A stretch of DNA of 36,308 nt, from positions 1 through 36,308 of the IMG/VR virus record IMGVR_UViG_3300033067_000266; one strand, 5' to 3'. A program made the position numbers and the translations under genes. Of the stretch, positions 34,350 through 36,308 are shown piece by piece; position 1 is the stretch's first letter; the number at the start of each line of letters is the position of its first letter. Source of the DNA: a virus (taxonomy: Duplodnaviria; Caudoviricetes). The notes under the pieces were generated by a model. The model searched no databases, had not been told where the DNA came from, and saw only the letters and a program-made list of their open reading frames with translations.

Positions 34350-35375
34350 TTAATCTGTTTGCAACTCGTGTAGCGCCTTGTCTTTTTCTTCAATATCTTT
34401 TCGATGCTTGTTCAGTGCGGTCCTAATTTTGGATGGCAACTTTCTCCAAACATAGGCACGTTCATCGTTCCCGGTATCTACAACTCCGTCATACTCACCG
34501 TAAGCGCCGATCAAGTCGTCATTGTTGAAGTGGTCAATGATTGCGCCAGCAACAGCCTCTAAAACCTGTTTTATATTGACTGGCAAAGAATCCCCAATGC
34601 CATCCATCGCGCCTTGCTTAACCGCAATTACCTGGCCCGTATTTACAGGCACAACCGGCGCAAGCTCTGCCAATCCTTCTCCGGAATCCACATTCAAATG
34701 ATGGATAGCTGTATCGAGTCGTTCAGTTTTAGGCCAGTATTTGTAAGCCTGTTTGACACAGGTTTTTTTGATCATTTCGCCTTCGTCAGACAGCCATGGG
34801 CCACCACTGCGTGACTTCTTTTCTACGTAGGCTTTCCATGCACTTGAGCGGTCCCGAATAGCGTAAACGTCTGCAATCGTCATCGTGTGAGTTAGGTATT
34901 CACCGTCTGCTGTTTTGATGACAACGTACACACCAACAATCTCGCCACGATCTGTTGAGAACGGGTTAAAACCGTGGTTTGGAGGCTTGTCGTATCCCAT
35001 CAGTTGGAAGGTGTCTCCTTTGTAAACAATCGCAGCCTGCGCCCATTTAACAGACCCTGATTCCATCGCCAAGTCCATCAGCCCCATGTAGCTAATGTCT
35101 AGGCAAATTTTCTTGTCCCGTGGCACAAGATAGGCTTGCTTCTTCGCAGGGTTCAGGCTTAGGCCGATGGCTGCAATGTTGGTAACGGCATCGACAACCG
35201 ACTGACGGTTATTCATTGCTGTAGACATTGCATAGTCGTTCGCCCCGAGTGCCTGAATTGCAAACCCAGCTTCGCGCTCAAAGTTAATATCTTTGGCAGA
35301 CAGAACGGCATTGAACTGCTCTCGGACGCCGTAAATGTCGCCTGACAGCGTGGTTAGTGCGGTTGATACGTTCAT
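34350..35375 (-). CDS. recT: RecT/Red-beta-family single-strand annealing recombinase
   Basis: GLSLNPAKKQAYLVPR, ISYMGL, PW.SD.GEM.KKT.VK.AYKYWP. Confidence 0.92.
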   Translation of the reverse strand: MNVSTALTTLSGDIYGVREQFNAVLSAKDINFEREAGFAIQALGANDYAMSTAMNNRQSVVDAVTNIAAIGLSLNPAKKQAYLVPRDKKICLDISYMGLMDLAMESGSVKWAQAAIVYKGDTFQLMGYDKPPNHGFNPFSTDRGEIVGVYVVIKTADGEYLTHTMTIADVYAIRDRSSAWKAYVEKKSRSGGPWLSDEGEMIKKTCVKQAYKYWPKTERLDTAIHHLNVDSGEGLAELAPVVPVNTGQVIAVKQGAMDGIGDSLPVNIKQVLEAVAGAIIDHFNNDDLIGAYGEYDGVVDTGNDERAYVWRKLPSKIRTALNKHRKDIEEKDKALHELQTD

Positions 35376-35590
35376 GCTGGCACCTCAGAATAGTTCATAA
35401 AATCGTCAAGTGGGATGTCCGCCAATTGGCAGATCAGAGTAATGTCCTGCATTGCAATGTTGTATTGCTTGCGCAACCTAGCCAAAATTTCCAATTGCAT
35501 CGGCCGCTCTGCAACCCTCTCGCGCTGGTGTTCTTCTTCGTCGTAAAAGACTGGTGTAAGACTCTCAAAAAACTCGTCGTAATTGGCCAT
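35372..35590 (-). CDS. Acidic hypothetical protein
   Basis: 72 aa, ATGA-coupled to recT. Confidence 0.7.
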   Translation of the reverse strand: MANYDEFFESLTPVFYDEEEHQRERVAERPMQLEILARLRKQYNIAMQDITLICQLADIPLDDFMNYSEVPA

Positions 35591-35598
35591 GATTACCC

Positions 35599-35796
35599 CT
35601 AGTAAATTGGTTTACCTGCCCGAACATGCGGACGCTTTGCTACGTCTTCATTCGCCTGCTTGAGCAATGCTTCCATATCGCGCTTGCCCTGCGCTTCCTC
35701 TTCTTCCTGAGTTGGAAGCTTGCTATCGAGCCAGCATGCGGCTTTGTAGATGGCCCATATCACAAGGGCCAGCACTGGTATTGCGGCGTAGGTCAT
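35599..35796 (-). CDS. Small membrane-anchored protein
   Basis: N-terminal hydrophobic helix; coupled start. Confidence 0.65.
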   Translation of the reverse strand: MTYAAIPVLALVIWAIYKAACWLDSKLPTQEEEEAQGKRDMEALLKQANEDVAKRPHVRAGKPIY

Positions 35797-35894
35797 GGCT
35801 TAGCTCCCCAAACAGTCAGTGAAAGAATCAGCACAACGATTGCCACCGCATAGACGGTGCATAGAATCCGCTGGTAGGTGGTTAGGCGGTTCAT
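35793..35894 (-). CDS. 33-aa membrane microprotein
   Basis: MNRLTTYQRILCTVYAVAIVVLILSLTVWGAKP; ATGA overlaps at both ends. Confidence 0.65.
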   Translation of the reverse strand: MNRLTTYQRILCTVYAVAIVVLILSLTVWGAKP

Positions 35895-36142
35895 GGGGTG
35901 CCTTTCGCGTTGATGGCTGCGATGATTGCCCGTCCAAATTCGTACGGGATTCCATCCTCTTGTCCAATGCGCATATAGATCTTGTGCAGGTCGCCATCGG
36001 TCAGCCGCGCTTGGCTGGCTTCGCAGAGGGCGATGGCGGCTTGCACGCCCGCCATCATTGCGTCGTAGCTTTCCGCTGTATCTGGCCTGTTGCACACTGA
36101 TTGCAGCGCATCCATCACTTGCTGTAGTTCGGTTTTGTTCAT
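35891..36142 (-). CDS. Hypothetical phage protein
   Basis: MNKTELQQVMDAL...LTDGDL...FGRAIIAA. Confidence 0.75.
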   Translation of the reverse strand: MNKTELQQVMDALQSVCNRPDTAESYDAMMAGVQAAIALCEASQARLTDGDLHKIYMRIGQEDGIPYEFGRAIIAAINAKGTP

Positions 36143-36308
36143 GCTTTGTCCCGCTGCTCAATCTCAGCACAAACAATGCGCAGTAGGTCGGCTTGTATGT
36201 TTTTAGCAGCGGCCCTAGCAGCGGCCCCAGCAGCGTCCCAAGCAGCGGCCCCAGCAGCGTCCCAAGCAGCGTCCCTAGCAGCGTCCCAAGCAGCGGCCCC
36301 AGCAGCGT
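36139..36308 (-). CDS. C-terminal part of the DAAW-repeat protein begun at 503
   Basis: ...DAAWDAAGAAARAAAKNIQADLLRIVCAEIEQRDKA*; the TGA overlaps the next ATG. Confidence 0.85.
   Translation of the reverse strand, partial: AAGAAAWDAARDAAWDAAGAAAWDAAGAAARAAAKNIQADLLRIVCAEIEQRDKA

Larger units (their letters stand above)
1..36308. mobile_element. Near-complete tailed bacteriophage genome (P22/lambdoid-like organisation, podovirus-type virion module)
   Basis: Terminases, portal, scaffold, capsid, tail/ejection, lysis, replication, Nin and RecT genes are all present. Bases 1-76 equal 36212-36287 and one gene continues across the ends. Confidence 0.95.

Overview
This window is an apparently near-complete ~36.2 kb tailed-phage genome with a P22/lambdoid-like gene order and podovirus-type virion genes. 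The two ends overlap by 76 bp inside a tandem-repeat gene, so the contig is probably circular. A divergent promoter pair at ~1720-1812 drives two arms. The leftward early arm wraps through the contig ends (1458->1, then 36308->28827) and carries two tandem-repeat proteins, RecT and many small phage ORFs. The rightward arm carries a small DNA-binding protein, a glycoside-hydrolase-like lipoprotein, a replication initiator with internal iterons, NinG/NinB, a Q-like protein, terminases, portal, scaffold, capsid, an SGNH esterase, tail and ejection proteins, and an endolysin-holin-spanin cassette. I see no integrase, CI-like repressor, tRNA or CRISPR array. The most striking feature is an array of integron attC-like sites (31639-34003) in the early operon. 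The sites bound four cassettes, three with perfectly complementary ends (9, 9 and 12 bp), the cargo ORFs are phage-type genes lying antisense to the canonical attC strand, and no integron integrase is present. Other candidates are an unannotated Gly-Pro peptide + polytopic membrane protein + coiled-coil/TM protein cassette among the tail genes, a leaderless antisense membrane microprotein after the ejection genes, and a ~250-nt structured early leader RNA. Family assignments come from motif recognition only; no searches were run.
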